A stretch of DNA of 64,000 nucleotides from a virus. The first letter of the stretch is position 1; each line of letters opens with the position of its first letter. A program made the translations under genes and the position numbers. The stretch is taken from positions 32,001 through 96,000 of the IMG/VR virus record IMGVR_UViG_3300044591_002420; one strand, written 5' to 3'. The notes beneath the pieces are model-generated. The model was not told where the DNA came from. It did not search any database and saw nothing but the letters and a program-made list of their open reading frames with translations. Positions 10,623-18,007 of the stretch are shown in pieces.

Positions 10623-10643
10623 GTTTAATCACCCAAACTAATT

Positions 10644-10853
10644 ATGAATCCAACCCAATCACTAGAGCCTCATCAACAACGAATGATTGATGAGCATTCC
10701 GAACTTTCTCAACGTCTTTCTGATCTTCGCCGCTTTTTTGATAATCCTTATTTTAAAGATCTACCTGAAGCCGAACGAGTGCGCATGAAAGCTCAAGAGC
10801 TTTTTATGACTGGTTACGAAAACATCTTGAGCCAAAGAATCGCCGCTATCTGA
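10644..10853 (+). CDS. Small helical phage protein (crAss001_48-like family)
   Basis: HQQRMIDEHSEL..L..F...F..L...E...Q...M..Y..IL..RI pattern. Confidence 0.6.
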   Translation: MNPTQSLEPHQQRMIDEHSELSQRLSDLRRFFDNPYFKDLPEAERVRMKAQELFMTGYENILSQRIAAI

Positions 10854-10888
10854 ATTAAGTTAATTCCGCACCGATAACACACATTAAC

Positions 10889-12364
10889 TTGGAGAATACC
10901 ATGACTTTTATGAACGCTCTTTCTACCGAAATGAATAATACGATCACCGCAAATGGTGCAAAGGCATACGAATCAACTCAAAACGAATGTCTTGATCTCT
11001 ACGGTTCCATTGGTGCTTGTCGTAATAATCTCACTCTAGCAGAGCGTCTATTCTTTGCGGCATACGAACAACATCCAGAAACGGCAGTACGAATTCTGTT
11101 CTATTCTCGTGATATTCGCGGAGCAAGTCAAGGTGAACGCGCAGTCTTCCGAGCACTGATGCCTAAACTTGCTCATAAGAATCCAAGAATCGCAACACGT
11201 TTGGTGTCTTTGATTCCTTATTATGGTCGCTGGGATGATCTTCTGTGTCTAGAGAATACTCCAGTTTGGAATGAAGTCTTGAAAACCATTGAAACTCAAC
11301 TGAAGACGGATATGAGTAGCGATAAGACTTCGCTGCTTGCCAAATGGCTTCCTTCTATCAATGCATCATCTAAAGATAGTAAGCGACTGGGTAGGCTGAT
11401 CGCAGCTCATATGGGTTGGTCTGAACGTCAATATCGCAAAAATCTTTCTTCACTTCGGGCTAAGATCAAGATTGTTGAAACTCCGATGTGTGCGAAAGAA
11501 TGGAGTGTTATTGATTACGAGCATCTTCCTTCTCGTGCAGCATTCATGTATCGCAAGGCATTTAAGAAGCATGATGAGACTCGTTATTCAGATTATCTCT
11601 CACGAGTAGAGAAAGGTGAAGCTAAGATCAATGCGGGAACACTGTATCCTTATGATATTGTTAATAAGTATCTTTTTCAAGGTGCTCGTAATGATAAGAC
11701 TCTTGAACTTCAATGGAATGCCTTGCCCAATTACATGGAAGATCTAGAATTTAATGGTCTTGTTGTTGCCGATGTTTCTGGTTCTATGATGAATAATAGT
11801 GGTATGCCAATGGCAGTTTCCATCTCGCTTGCAATGTATATTGCTGAGCGTAATCCATCTAAGATCTGGAAGAATAAATTTCTGACTTTCTCTCAAGCTC
11901 CAAAACTTCAAACTATTCTAGGCAACAACATTGAAGAAAAAATTCGTTATCTACAAGGAGCTGAATGGGGTATGAATACTGATCTGATTGCAGTCTTTAA
12001 TACCATTCTGAAAGCTGCAACTGAGAATAATGTCGCTGCTAAAGACATGCCCCAAAAACTGATTATTGTTTCCGATATGCAATTTGATGTGGCATGTAGA
12101 TCCAATAAGCGTACTAACTTTGAGCAAATTCAAAAAATGTATCGGAAGTCTGGTTATGAGATGCCTCAGCTTATTTTCTGGAATGTAAACGCAAGTGCTA
12201 ATGTTCCGATTCAAGCTGATGACACTGGAACCGCATTAGTTTCTGGTTGTAGTCCTGCTATTCTGAAGTCTGTTCTGAGCGGTAAAATCGTATCTCCTGT
12301 GGATGTTATGATGGATAACCTTTATGTAGAACGTTATGCTCCGATTGGTGAAGTTTTTGCCTGA
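10889..12364 (+). CDS. Ro60/TROVE-like helical repeat + vWA protein (DUF2828-like)
   Basis: T.NGA..Y.ST, RDIRG..GER, YGRWDDL, LLAKWLPS, MIDAS DVSGSM, TFS, SDMQFD, IFWNV. Confidence 0.85.
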   Translation: MENTMTFMNALSTEMNNTITANGAKAYESTQNECLDLYGSIGACRNNLTLAERLFFAAYEQHPETAVRILFYSRDIRGASQGERAVFRALMPKLAHKNPRIATRLVSLIPYYGRWDDLLCLENTPVWNEVLKTIETQLKTDMSSDKTSLLAKWLPSINASSKDSKRLGRLIAAHMGWSERQYRKNLSSLRAKIKIVETPMCAKEWSVIDYEHLPSRAAFMYRKAFKKHDETRYSDYLSRVEKGEAKINAGTLYPYDIVNKYLFQGARNDKTLELQWNALPNYMEDLEFNGLVVADVSGSMMNNSGMPMAVSISLAMYIAERNPSKIWKNKFLTFSQAPKLQTILGNNIEEKIRYLQGAEWGMNTDLIAVFNTILKAATENNVAAKDMPQKLIIVSDMQFDVACRSNKRTNFEQIQKMYRKSGYEMPQLIFWNVNASANVPIQADDTGTALVSGCSPAILKSVLSGKIVSPVDVMMDNLYVERYAPIGEVFA

Positions 12365-12377
12365 TTGATAAATTCTT

Positions 12378-12427
12378 AAGATGGTTCAGCAATTCTCCTA
12401 TGTTTTGGGTACATAAAAGACCATCTT
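12378..12427 (+). ncRNA. CAGCA-module hairpin H2 with tRNA-Pro(UGG)-like loop
   Basis: Stem AAGATGGT/ACCATCTT, TCAGCAA; inner TATGT-TTTGGGT-ACATA. Confidence 0.7.
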
Positions 12428-12434
12428 GTTTAAC

Positions 12435-12550
12435 GGGCGGGTAGCTCAGTTGGTAGAGCAGTAGAGCACTTAAAACAAATCTAGTTTAGATTTTAACAGC
12501 ATTATAAATACAAAATCTCCGGGTCCTAGGTTCAAGTCCTAGTCCGCCCA
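12435..12550 (+). ncRNA. tRNA-like RNA T1 with permuted CAGCA module replacing the anticodon loop
   Basis: Acceptor GGGCGGG/TCCGCCC-A, D arm GCTC/GAGC, T arm CTAGG-TTCAAGT-CCTAG; ~50-nt anticodon region containing AAATCTA-GTT-TAGATTT-TAACAGCA. Confidence 0.75.
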
Positions 12551-12551
12551 T

Positions 12552-12598
12552 TAGATGATTCAGCAATTCTTTCTTTGCTAGGAACAAAAAATCATCTA
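12552..12598 (+). ncRNA. CAGCA-module hairpin H3
   Basis: Stem TAGATGATT/AATCATCTA, CAGCAA; inner TTCT-TTGCTA-GGAA. Confidence 0.7.
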
Positions 12599-12627
12599 GT
12601 CTTTTCATATTTTTATACTCAAACACA

Positions 12628-12681
12628 AAGATAGTTCAGCAAATTTAACACGAATGCCATCATGTTCATCACAACTATCTT
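12628..12681 (+). ncRNA. CAGCA-module hairpin H4
   Basis: Stem AAGATAGTT/AACTATCTT, CAGCAA; inner AACACGA-ATGCCA-TCATGTT. Confidence 0.7.
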
Positions 12682-12688
12682 GTTTACT

Positions 12689-12803
12689 GTCGTGTTCGTC
12701 TAACTTGATAGGACGCCTATAAAACAAATCTCGTTGAGATTTTAACAGCATTACAAATTTCCTTGTCCCGGAGGTAATCTAGGTTCAAATCCTAGACACG
12801 GCG
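12689..12803 (+). ncRNA. tRNA-Asp(GUC)-like RNA T2 interrupted by ~42-nt permuted CAGCA module
   Basis: Acceptor GTCGTGT/ACACGGC-G, T arm CTAGG-TTCAAAT-CCTAG; removing the insert restores CCTCC-TTGTCCC-GGAGG. Confidence 0.75.
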
Positions 12804-12804
12804 T

Positions 12805-12851
12805 TAGATGATTCAGCATTTATTTCTCTGCTAAGAAAACAAAATCATCTA
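12805..12851 (+). ncRNA. CAGCA-module hairpin H5 containing tRNA-Ser(GCU)-like loop sequence
   Basis: Stem TAGATGATT/AATCATCTA, CAGCAT; inner TTTCT-CTGCTA-AGAAA. Confidence 0.7.
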
Positions 12852-12878
12852 GTTAAACAACTCTTTCAACTCTCAAAA

Positions 12879-13124
12879 ATGTTCACTATCATCGTTGATT
12901 TACTCTCATCACTAATTGTATCAGTTATTCTTTTCTTTAGTGGCTTAAAATTGGGAGCTGATGCTATGAGGGACATGACTGTTATCTACTGTAATGAAAA
13001 TCCCACAATTTGTCAACAAGAATACAAGAATACGAAATCTCAGTATCCAAATCTTAATTTTACTGTAGAAGCTCCTTCTATTGGTCAAGAAAAACCCAAA
13101 GTGAACATTATTGATACAAAATAA
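12879..13124 (+). CDS. Small membrane-anchored hypothetical protein within the RNA array
   Basis: Hydrophobic N-terminal 25 aa. Confidence 0.65.
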   Translation: MFTIIVDLLSSLIVSVILFFSGLKLGADAMRDMTVIYCNENPTICQQEYKNTKSQYPNLNFTVEAPSIGQEKPKVNIIDTK

Positions 13125-13129
13125 CCAAC

Positions 13130-13203
13130 AGCGGGCGAGTGTAACGGTAGTCACGTCGGGCTCATAACCCGGAGGAATATGGGTTCAATTCCCAGGTCCG
13201 CCA
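13130..13203 (+). tRNA. tRNA-Met(CAU), initiator-type
   Basis: Anticodon arm TCGGG-CTCATAA-CCCGG (three G-C pairs), 1:72 mismatch (A/C), T loop TTCAATT. Confidence 0.88.
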
Positions 13204-13204
13204 T

Positions 13205-13261
13205 TAGATGATTCAGCAATTTCAAAACTTTCTTATTGGTTTAGAAAACAAAAATCATCTA
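13205..13261 (+). ncRNA. CAGCA-module hairpin H6
   Basis: Stem TAGATGATT/AATCATCTA, CAGCAA; inner TTTCT-TATTGGTTT-AGAAA. Confidence 0.7.
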
Positions 13262-13268
13262 GCTCATT

Positions 13269-13388
13269 AGAAGAGTAGCCCAATTGGTTGAGGCGAGCTT
13301 AGAAACAAAAAGCATCTTGTAAAAGATGATTCAGCATTAAAAATTCTAAGGAAAAGCTTTGATGTTGGTTCAAATCCAGCCTCTTCTA
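13269..13388 (+). ncRNA. tRNA-like RNA T3 with permuted CAGCA module in extended anticodon arm
   Basis: Acceptor AGAAGAG/CTCTTCT-A, D stem GCC/GGC, T arm GTTGG-TTCAAAT-CCAGC; arm CTTAGAA..CATCTT-GTAA-AAGATG-ATTCAGCA..TTCTAAG. Confidence 0.75.
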
Positions 13389-13463
13389 TCTGGATAAATA
13401 ATATCCAACAGACTTTAACACAACAAAAACGATCACTTAGTCTGTGTGATCTCAAGGAAACAA

Positions 13464-14183
13464 ATGATGTACTCAAATCAATTTGCCGCAACAATCAAGG
13501 TAAACAATAAAATTCTCCGGGAGTTTGGAGACACTGTTTATCTTCCCTTCGGTTCCGAATATCAAATTCGTCTTAAAAATCTCAATACAACAAGAGCCAA
13601 AGTAACAGTTGAAATTGACGGACAAAATGTTACTGATGGTGGTCTTGTTATTGATTCATTCCAAACTGTTGATCTAGAACGATTCATTCGTAATGGTAAT
13701 CTTTCCGAAGGAAATCGCTTTAAATTTATTGAACGAACTTCTAAAATTGAAGATCATCGTGGAATTAAACTAGAAGATGGTTTGATTACAATTCGTTATG
13801 AGTATGAGATGTCTTATGCTCCTTTATACGATTTTAAATATCCAAAAGCACAAAAAAATAATTTTATTAATGAATGTTCATATCGCAGTATGAACATCAA
13901 TTCGGGACCAACAGCTAAGTTAACCTCTCAGACTGAAACTGGAATTACTGTAGAGGGTTCCAAGAGTAATCAAAAATTTAATACTACTTCTTGGAGAGGA
14001 TCAATTGGTGGCTCTCATGTGATGGTTATTAAACTTTTGGGTGAAACAAAAGAGAACAAAAAAGTAAGAGAACCTGTTACCATCAAGACTAAACTAGAGT
14101 GTAAAACTTGCGGAACAACTAATCCTGTAACCTCAAAGTTCTGTTCTGAGTGTGGAACTTCTTTAGAGATTGTAGGTGGATAA
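13464..14183 (+). CDS. Beta-rich protein with C-terminal zinc ribbon
   Basis: LPFGSEYQIRLKN N-terminal domain; CKTCG...FCSECG; AAGGA upstream of ATG 13464. Confidence 0.75.
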   Translation: MMYSNQFAATIKVNNKILREFGDTVYLPFGSEYQIRLKNLNTTRAKVTVEIDGQNVTDGGLVIDSFQTVDLERFIRNGNLSEGNRFKFIERTSKIEDHRGIKLEDGLITIRYEYEMSYAPLYDFKYPKAQKNNFINECSYRSMNINSGPTAKLTSQTETGITVEGSKSNQKFNTTSWRGSIGGSHVMVIKLLGETKENKKVREPVTIKTKLECKTCGTTNPVTSKFCSECGTSLEIVGG

Positions 14184-14189
14184 GAAACC

Positions 14190-14215
14190 GGCACCCAGAA
14201 ATCATTCCGGGTGCC
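14190..14215 (+). terminator. GC-rich hairpin closing the vWA/ncRNA operon
   Basis: GGCACCCAGAA-ATCA-TTCCGGGTGCC; weak U tract. Confidence 0.4.
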
Positions 14216-14248
14216 CTATACTATTTTTAGACAACGAAGAATTTTATT

Positions 14249-14764
14249 ATGAATCAACAGCGCCAAGATTTTTACCACAAGCTCAACGAAAGTCTTGAAG
14301 AAGATAGAAAATATTTTCTTGACATTTTGACTAGAACCGATAATTCTGCTAAACTACTTCAATGGATTATTGATAATAATATCAATCCCTATGCAGTGCT
14401 TCCATTTTATCTCGCGGGATCTTATTATGGTTTTGAAGCTTTTATCAGTCTTTACACATCTCTCACTTATCATGAGAAACATGCAGAATTCACTTATCTT
14501 AATATCAAAAGAAAGAATCCAAATGGACACGAATTTGAACTTGGACCTAAAGTCGTTCTAAGACATCCATCCGATTCAGATTTTAAAGAAGGTGTTATAC
14601 GAGATCTAGATTTAAAAGAAGTAGATTCTTTTGATGGTGAAGTATTCGTTTATGAGTTTGAGATTCTTAAGAGTTTAGATGAATTTATTGAAACTTTTAT
14701 CCGAGTAGAAAAAGAATATCTAAATCTCTATGAAGAGATGGATCATATTATTGGACAATTTTAG
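14249..14764 (+). CDS. Hypothetical protein
   Basis: 171-aa ATG ORF. Confidence 0.7.
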   Translation: MNQQRQDFYHKLNESLEEDRKYFLDILTRTDNSAKLLQWIIDNNINPYAVLPFYLAGSYYGFEAFISLYTSLTYHEKHAEFTYLNIKRKNPNGHEFELGPKVVLRHPSDSDFKEGVIRDLDLKEVDSFDGEVFVYEFEILKSLDEFIETFIRVEKEYLNLYEEMDHIIGQF

Positions 14765-15383
14765 CATGAATCAAAAACCTTCATGGGCAGAATCTCCAGA
14801 CTGGGCTGTGTGTCTAGGATTCGCTTTTTCTGGTGATGATTACGACTTCTATAGTGAAATATACGGCGAAGAAAATGTAAAGGTAATGAAGCGGCGGTGG
14901 TGTTATTTTTCTTATCCGAATCCGATAGGCATTGTAAATCTTGAATATCGTCCAGAAGATAATATTATCAAAAAATATATGGTATGGTTATGGGCAATAG
15001 AAGGCATCGGAATTCTAATCCCCGTTGAATCTCCCCTTTCAAAGATAAAACTTCAAAATTATTATAATCTCTTAATTCCTTCATTAAAAAGAGTTGATGT
15101 TTACACAGAATCTCAATTCAAAGAACAAAAATTTTCTTGGTCAAAAAATACACCGGTAAAGGTAGAATACGCTGATTATAATTGTCTGACTGATAATCTT
15201 CAGAGACAATTTACCAAACTAACAAAAGAATATAATACTTTATCCAACAGACTTTCTAATCCTAATTTTGAAGAAAAAGCACCAAAAGATATCGTCTTAA
15301 AATGTCAAACTGATTATGAAAGAGTCAAAGCCGAACTAATCCTTATTGAAAGTAAATTAAAACTATCATGCAAATCTCACTAG
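14730..15383 (+). CDS. Hypothetical protein with C-terminal ValRS tRNA-binding-arm-like coiled coil
   Basis: LSNRLSNPNFEEKAPKDIV resembles the ValRS C-terminal KLxNxxFxxKAPxxVV. Confidence 0.6.
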   Translation: MKRWIILLDNFSMNQKPSWAESPDWAVCLGFAFSGDDYDFYSEIYGEENVKVMKRRWCYFSYPNPIGIVNLEYRPEDNIIKKYMVWLWAIEGIGILIPVESPLSKIKLQNYYNLLIPSLKRVDVYTESQFKEQKFSWSKNTPVKVEYADYNCLTDNLQRQFTKLTKEYNTLSNRLSNPNFEEKAPKDIVLKCQTDYERVKAELILIESKLKLSCKSH

Positions 15384-15820
15384 AAGAACTTCAAGAAATC
15401 TTTGATAAAGTTCTTACCGAAGTAAAAGTAAAAAAATGTTGCTCCGAATCAGATAAAATTTTACTATCCAAAGATCCCAAAACACCAGAAGAAACACTAC
15501 TAATCTTAGCGACCGATGTGAATCCTGATGTTCGTTATTTTGTAGCACAAAATCCCAATACTCCACCAAAAGCCCTTGAACAACTAGCCATAGATGAATA
15601 TCATGGTGTTCGTTGTTGTGTAGCAAATAATCCAAATACTCCACCAAAAGTCTTAGAAATTCTAGCGACCGATGAGGAATATTGTGTTCGTTGGAGAGTA
15701 GAACTAAATCCAAACCATAACCCAAAAGAGACTCTTGAAGTAACTAAACAACAAAAAGAAGCTCTTAAGAAATTGATTGATGCTAGCCAAGATGTATCAC
15801 TTAAATCTATCAATCTTTAA
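15368..15820 (+). CDS. LRV-repeat protein (alternative-cap subfamily)
   Basis: Repeats plus tail VTKQQKEALKKLIDASQ. Confidence 0.88.
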   Translation: MQISLEELQEIFDKVLTEVKVKKCCSESDKILLSKDPKTPEETLLILATDVNPDVRYFVAQNPNTPPKALEQLAIDEYHGVRCCVANNPNTPPKVLEILATDEEYCVRWRVELNPNHNPKETLEVTKQQKEALKKLIDASQDVSLKSINL

Positions 15821-16327
15821 TTCAGACGGTTGTTAAACTGTCACAACTGCCACCCAAATTCATCTCTGGGTGGTTTATGCTAGATATTGTTCAGATAACG
15901 ATTGATCTTTATTTTCGTTCACAATTTTGGAGACTTATTAAATGAGTGACACTTTTCGTTCTCTTTGTGTTGACCTAGTTGATGTACTGAAGCTTCATTG
16001 CAGAGACTGTGAGTTTTCTTGGGAAGTAATTGAACGCACTGAGAAACTACTATCTCAATCTGAGCCAGAATTTACGGCAGAGGAATTAGCACTACAAACA
16101 GAGAAAATTTCGGTCAGTGACATTTTAACTGCAGATGGCGTGTTTCTTGGGCAAGATGGTTTGGAGGGTCTTGCTAATGCAAACTCCTTCTGGGAATTAC
16201 AACCATATGGAACTCGCCTTTACTATGGAGATGGTATTATGGATTACTTACACCGCGATGTTCTAAAATCAGCTATTAGATTGTTAGTGAGTTGTAATCC
16301 CACTTCTTCTGTCCATGAGGAAACCCG

Positions 16328-16627
16328 ATGACCACACCCCTACCCCTCTCCCCCGATGCTCAGGCGGTGCTGGATGCTGTCGCTGATGGCGCTGCCTGGC
16401 CGTTTCACGTGATCGCCAGCCCAATGGCCGCCGCTGCCATCCGTGCGGCTGTGGATCGGGTGGTGCCAGAATCCGAGCCTCCACAACGAAACGACTTTAC
16501 AGATATATCAGTGTTTCAATGGGCTGTTGATTGTCACCATCAGGATGAGGCAACACGCGCCAAATTTCTTGCCATCGCCACCGAACTGGAAGGCAACACC
16601 ACCACCACTACACAGGAGAAAACATGA
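16328..16627 (+). CDS. Hypothetical protein, GC-rich relative to its context
   Basis: Visibly GC-rich codons, LSPDAQAVLDA, Ala-rich. Confidence 0.65.
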   Translation: MTTPLPLSPDAQAVLDAVADGAAWPFHVIASPMAAAAIRAAVDRVVPESEPPQRNDFTDISVFQWAVDCHHQDEATRAKFLAIATELEGNTTTTTQEKT

Positions 16628-16938
16628 GCGAATCACATCCTTATACCCGTCACATTTCCTACCGCTTTGAGGTACTCGGACAAGTGATTGAGATCCACAG
16701 CATCAACGGTGATGAAGCCATCGTTAGCGAAACCCGCTTCAACGGACAAGAAGACACTCATATGGTCTTGCCCATTGAGCGTGTGAAAGGAGTTTGGAAG
16801 TGGTGGGATGAAGATGACTATAATCCTTTTATTATCTATTTCAGTAGACAATTAGCAGATGCAATTCTGGAATACATTAATAAGCATGGTGTTCCAGAGG
16901 CAGAGAAAACCAATATCACAGAAAAGAGAAATTGAACG

Positions 16939-17280
16939 ATGTTTGATAACTTTATTAACGGCTTTCTTTTTGGCTCAATGAGCGTACTACTATTGTGGTA
17001 TGTTTTTGATTATCGCAAAATTTTACGAATTTTAGAAGACTTTGATCATCTAAGAGGATATAAACGACTTAACTTATTAATATCACCACCTCTTCTTAGA
17101 GATATGAGATATCTCCAAAATAAAACAGGTCTTTCGGATGATGAGATTTTCTACCGAGCGATGGCACTTTACAGAGTATCATATGAAACTAAGGAAGAGG
17201 GTGGAAGTGTTATTCTAAAAAATTCAGATGGTACTATCAGAGAAAATGTTGGTTTTGCGACACTTCCAGTCAATCGGTAA
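16939..17280 (+). CDS. Putative ribbon-helix-helix-like DNA-binding protein
   Basis: RLNL.I...L..L...G.S..EI..RA..LY......EG..V pattern shared with 61081-61362. Confidence 0.45.
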   Translation: MFDNFINGFLFGSMSVLLLWYVFDYRKILRILEDFDHLRGYKRLNLLISPPLLRDMRYLQNKTGLSDDEIFYRAMALYRVSYETKEEGGSVILKNSDGTIRENVGFATLPVNR

Positions 17281-17351
17281 ACTGGCACACCAATCACCCA
17301 AACGATCAGTTTGGATGCTACACTAATTTTATTCAACGAGGAACTCTTATT

Positions 17352-17678
17352 ATGAATCAAGAAGTTAAAACAAAATGGATCCAGGCTCTTAGATCTGGAA
17401 AGTACAAACAAGGTTTTGGTGTTCTTCGCAGTGAAGACTGTTATTGTTGTCTTGGCGTTTTATGTGATCTGAATGAAGATACGGATTGGGAAGTCCTTGA
17501 TAATCCAGTAAAAAATATTTATAAGCCATCTCCAGATGATTCCTATATATGTCTACCCAATAAAATATCTGAATGGGCAGAACTAACATCTCATCAAGAA
17601 GATGTATTAGCGACATTTAATGATACATCTAGGTACACTTTTGAACAAATTGCCGATTACATTGAGGAGAATCTTTGA
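17352..17678 (+). CDS. Conserved phage protein, paralog 1
   Basis: MNQEVKTKWIQALRSGKYKQG..CCLGVLCDL..FEQIADYIE. Confidence 0.8.
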   Translation: MNQEVKTKWIQALRSGKYKQGFGVLRSEDCYCCLGVLCDLNEDTDWEVLDNPVKNIYKPSPDDSYICLPNKISEWAELTSHQEDVLATFNDTSRYTFEQIADYIEENL

Positions 17679-18007
17679 TTATGAATCAAGAAGTTAAAAC
17701 AAAATGGATCCAGGCTCTTAGATCTGGAAAGTACAAACAAGGTCAAGCATATCTTCGTGAAGGTGAATATTATTGTTGTCTTGGTGTTTTATGTGATCTG
17801 AATGAATCAAGACAATGGACTCCTATTGATCGTCCATCTAAAAAGATTTATATTCCATTTCCCGATGAGGACTTTAAATATTTACCCGAAAATATCTCTC
17901 AGTGGGCGAATTTAACAGAATTTGAACAGGGCGAGCTAATAGAACTTAATGATACAGATAATTACACTTTTGAACAAATTGCCGATTACATTGAAGATAA
18001 TCTTTGA
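17675..18007 (+). CDS. Conserved phage protein, tandem paralog 2
   Basis: Same termini as the upstream paralog, divergent middle. Confidence 0.8.
   Translation: MIMNQEVKTKWIQALRSGKYKQGQAYLREGEYYCCLGVLCDLNESRQWTPIDRPSKKIYIPFPDEDFKYLPENISQWANLTEFEQGELIELNDTDNYTFEQIADYIEDNL

Noticed and set aside
12466-12760. T1/T2 inserts as group I or group II introns
   Set aside because: They are only ~40-50 nt, with no ribozyme core.
12378-13261. Hairpin array as a CRISPR array
   Set aside because: The repeat halves enclose the variable part as a stem, the spacing is irregular and interleaved with tRNA-like genes, and no cas genes are present.
13344-13350. TTCTAAG in T3 as an amber-suppressor anticodon loop / alternative genetic code
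   Set aside because: It pairs with CTTAGAA rather than forming a loop. Conserved genes are uninterrupted in the standard code, and aspS ends at TAG near its natural terminus.
13267-13494. - strand 75-aa ORF
   Set aside because: It is antisense to tRNA-like RNA T3 and against the gene orientation of the region.
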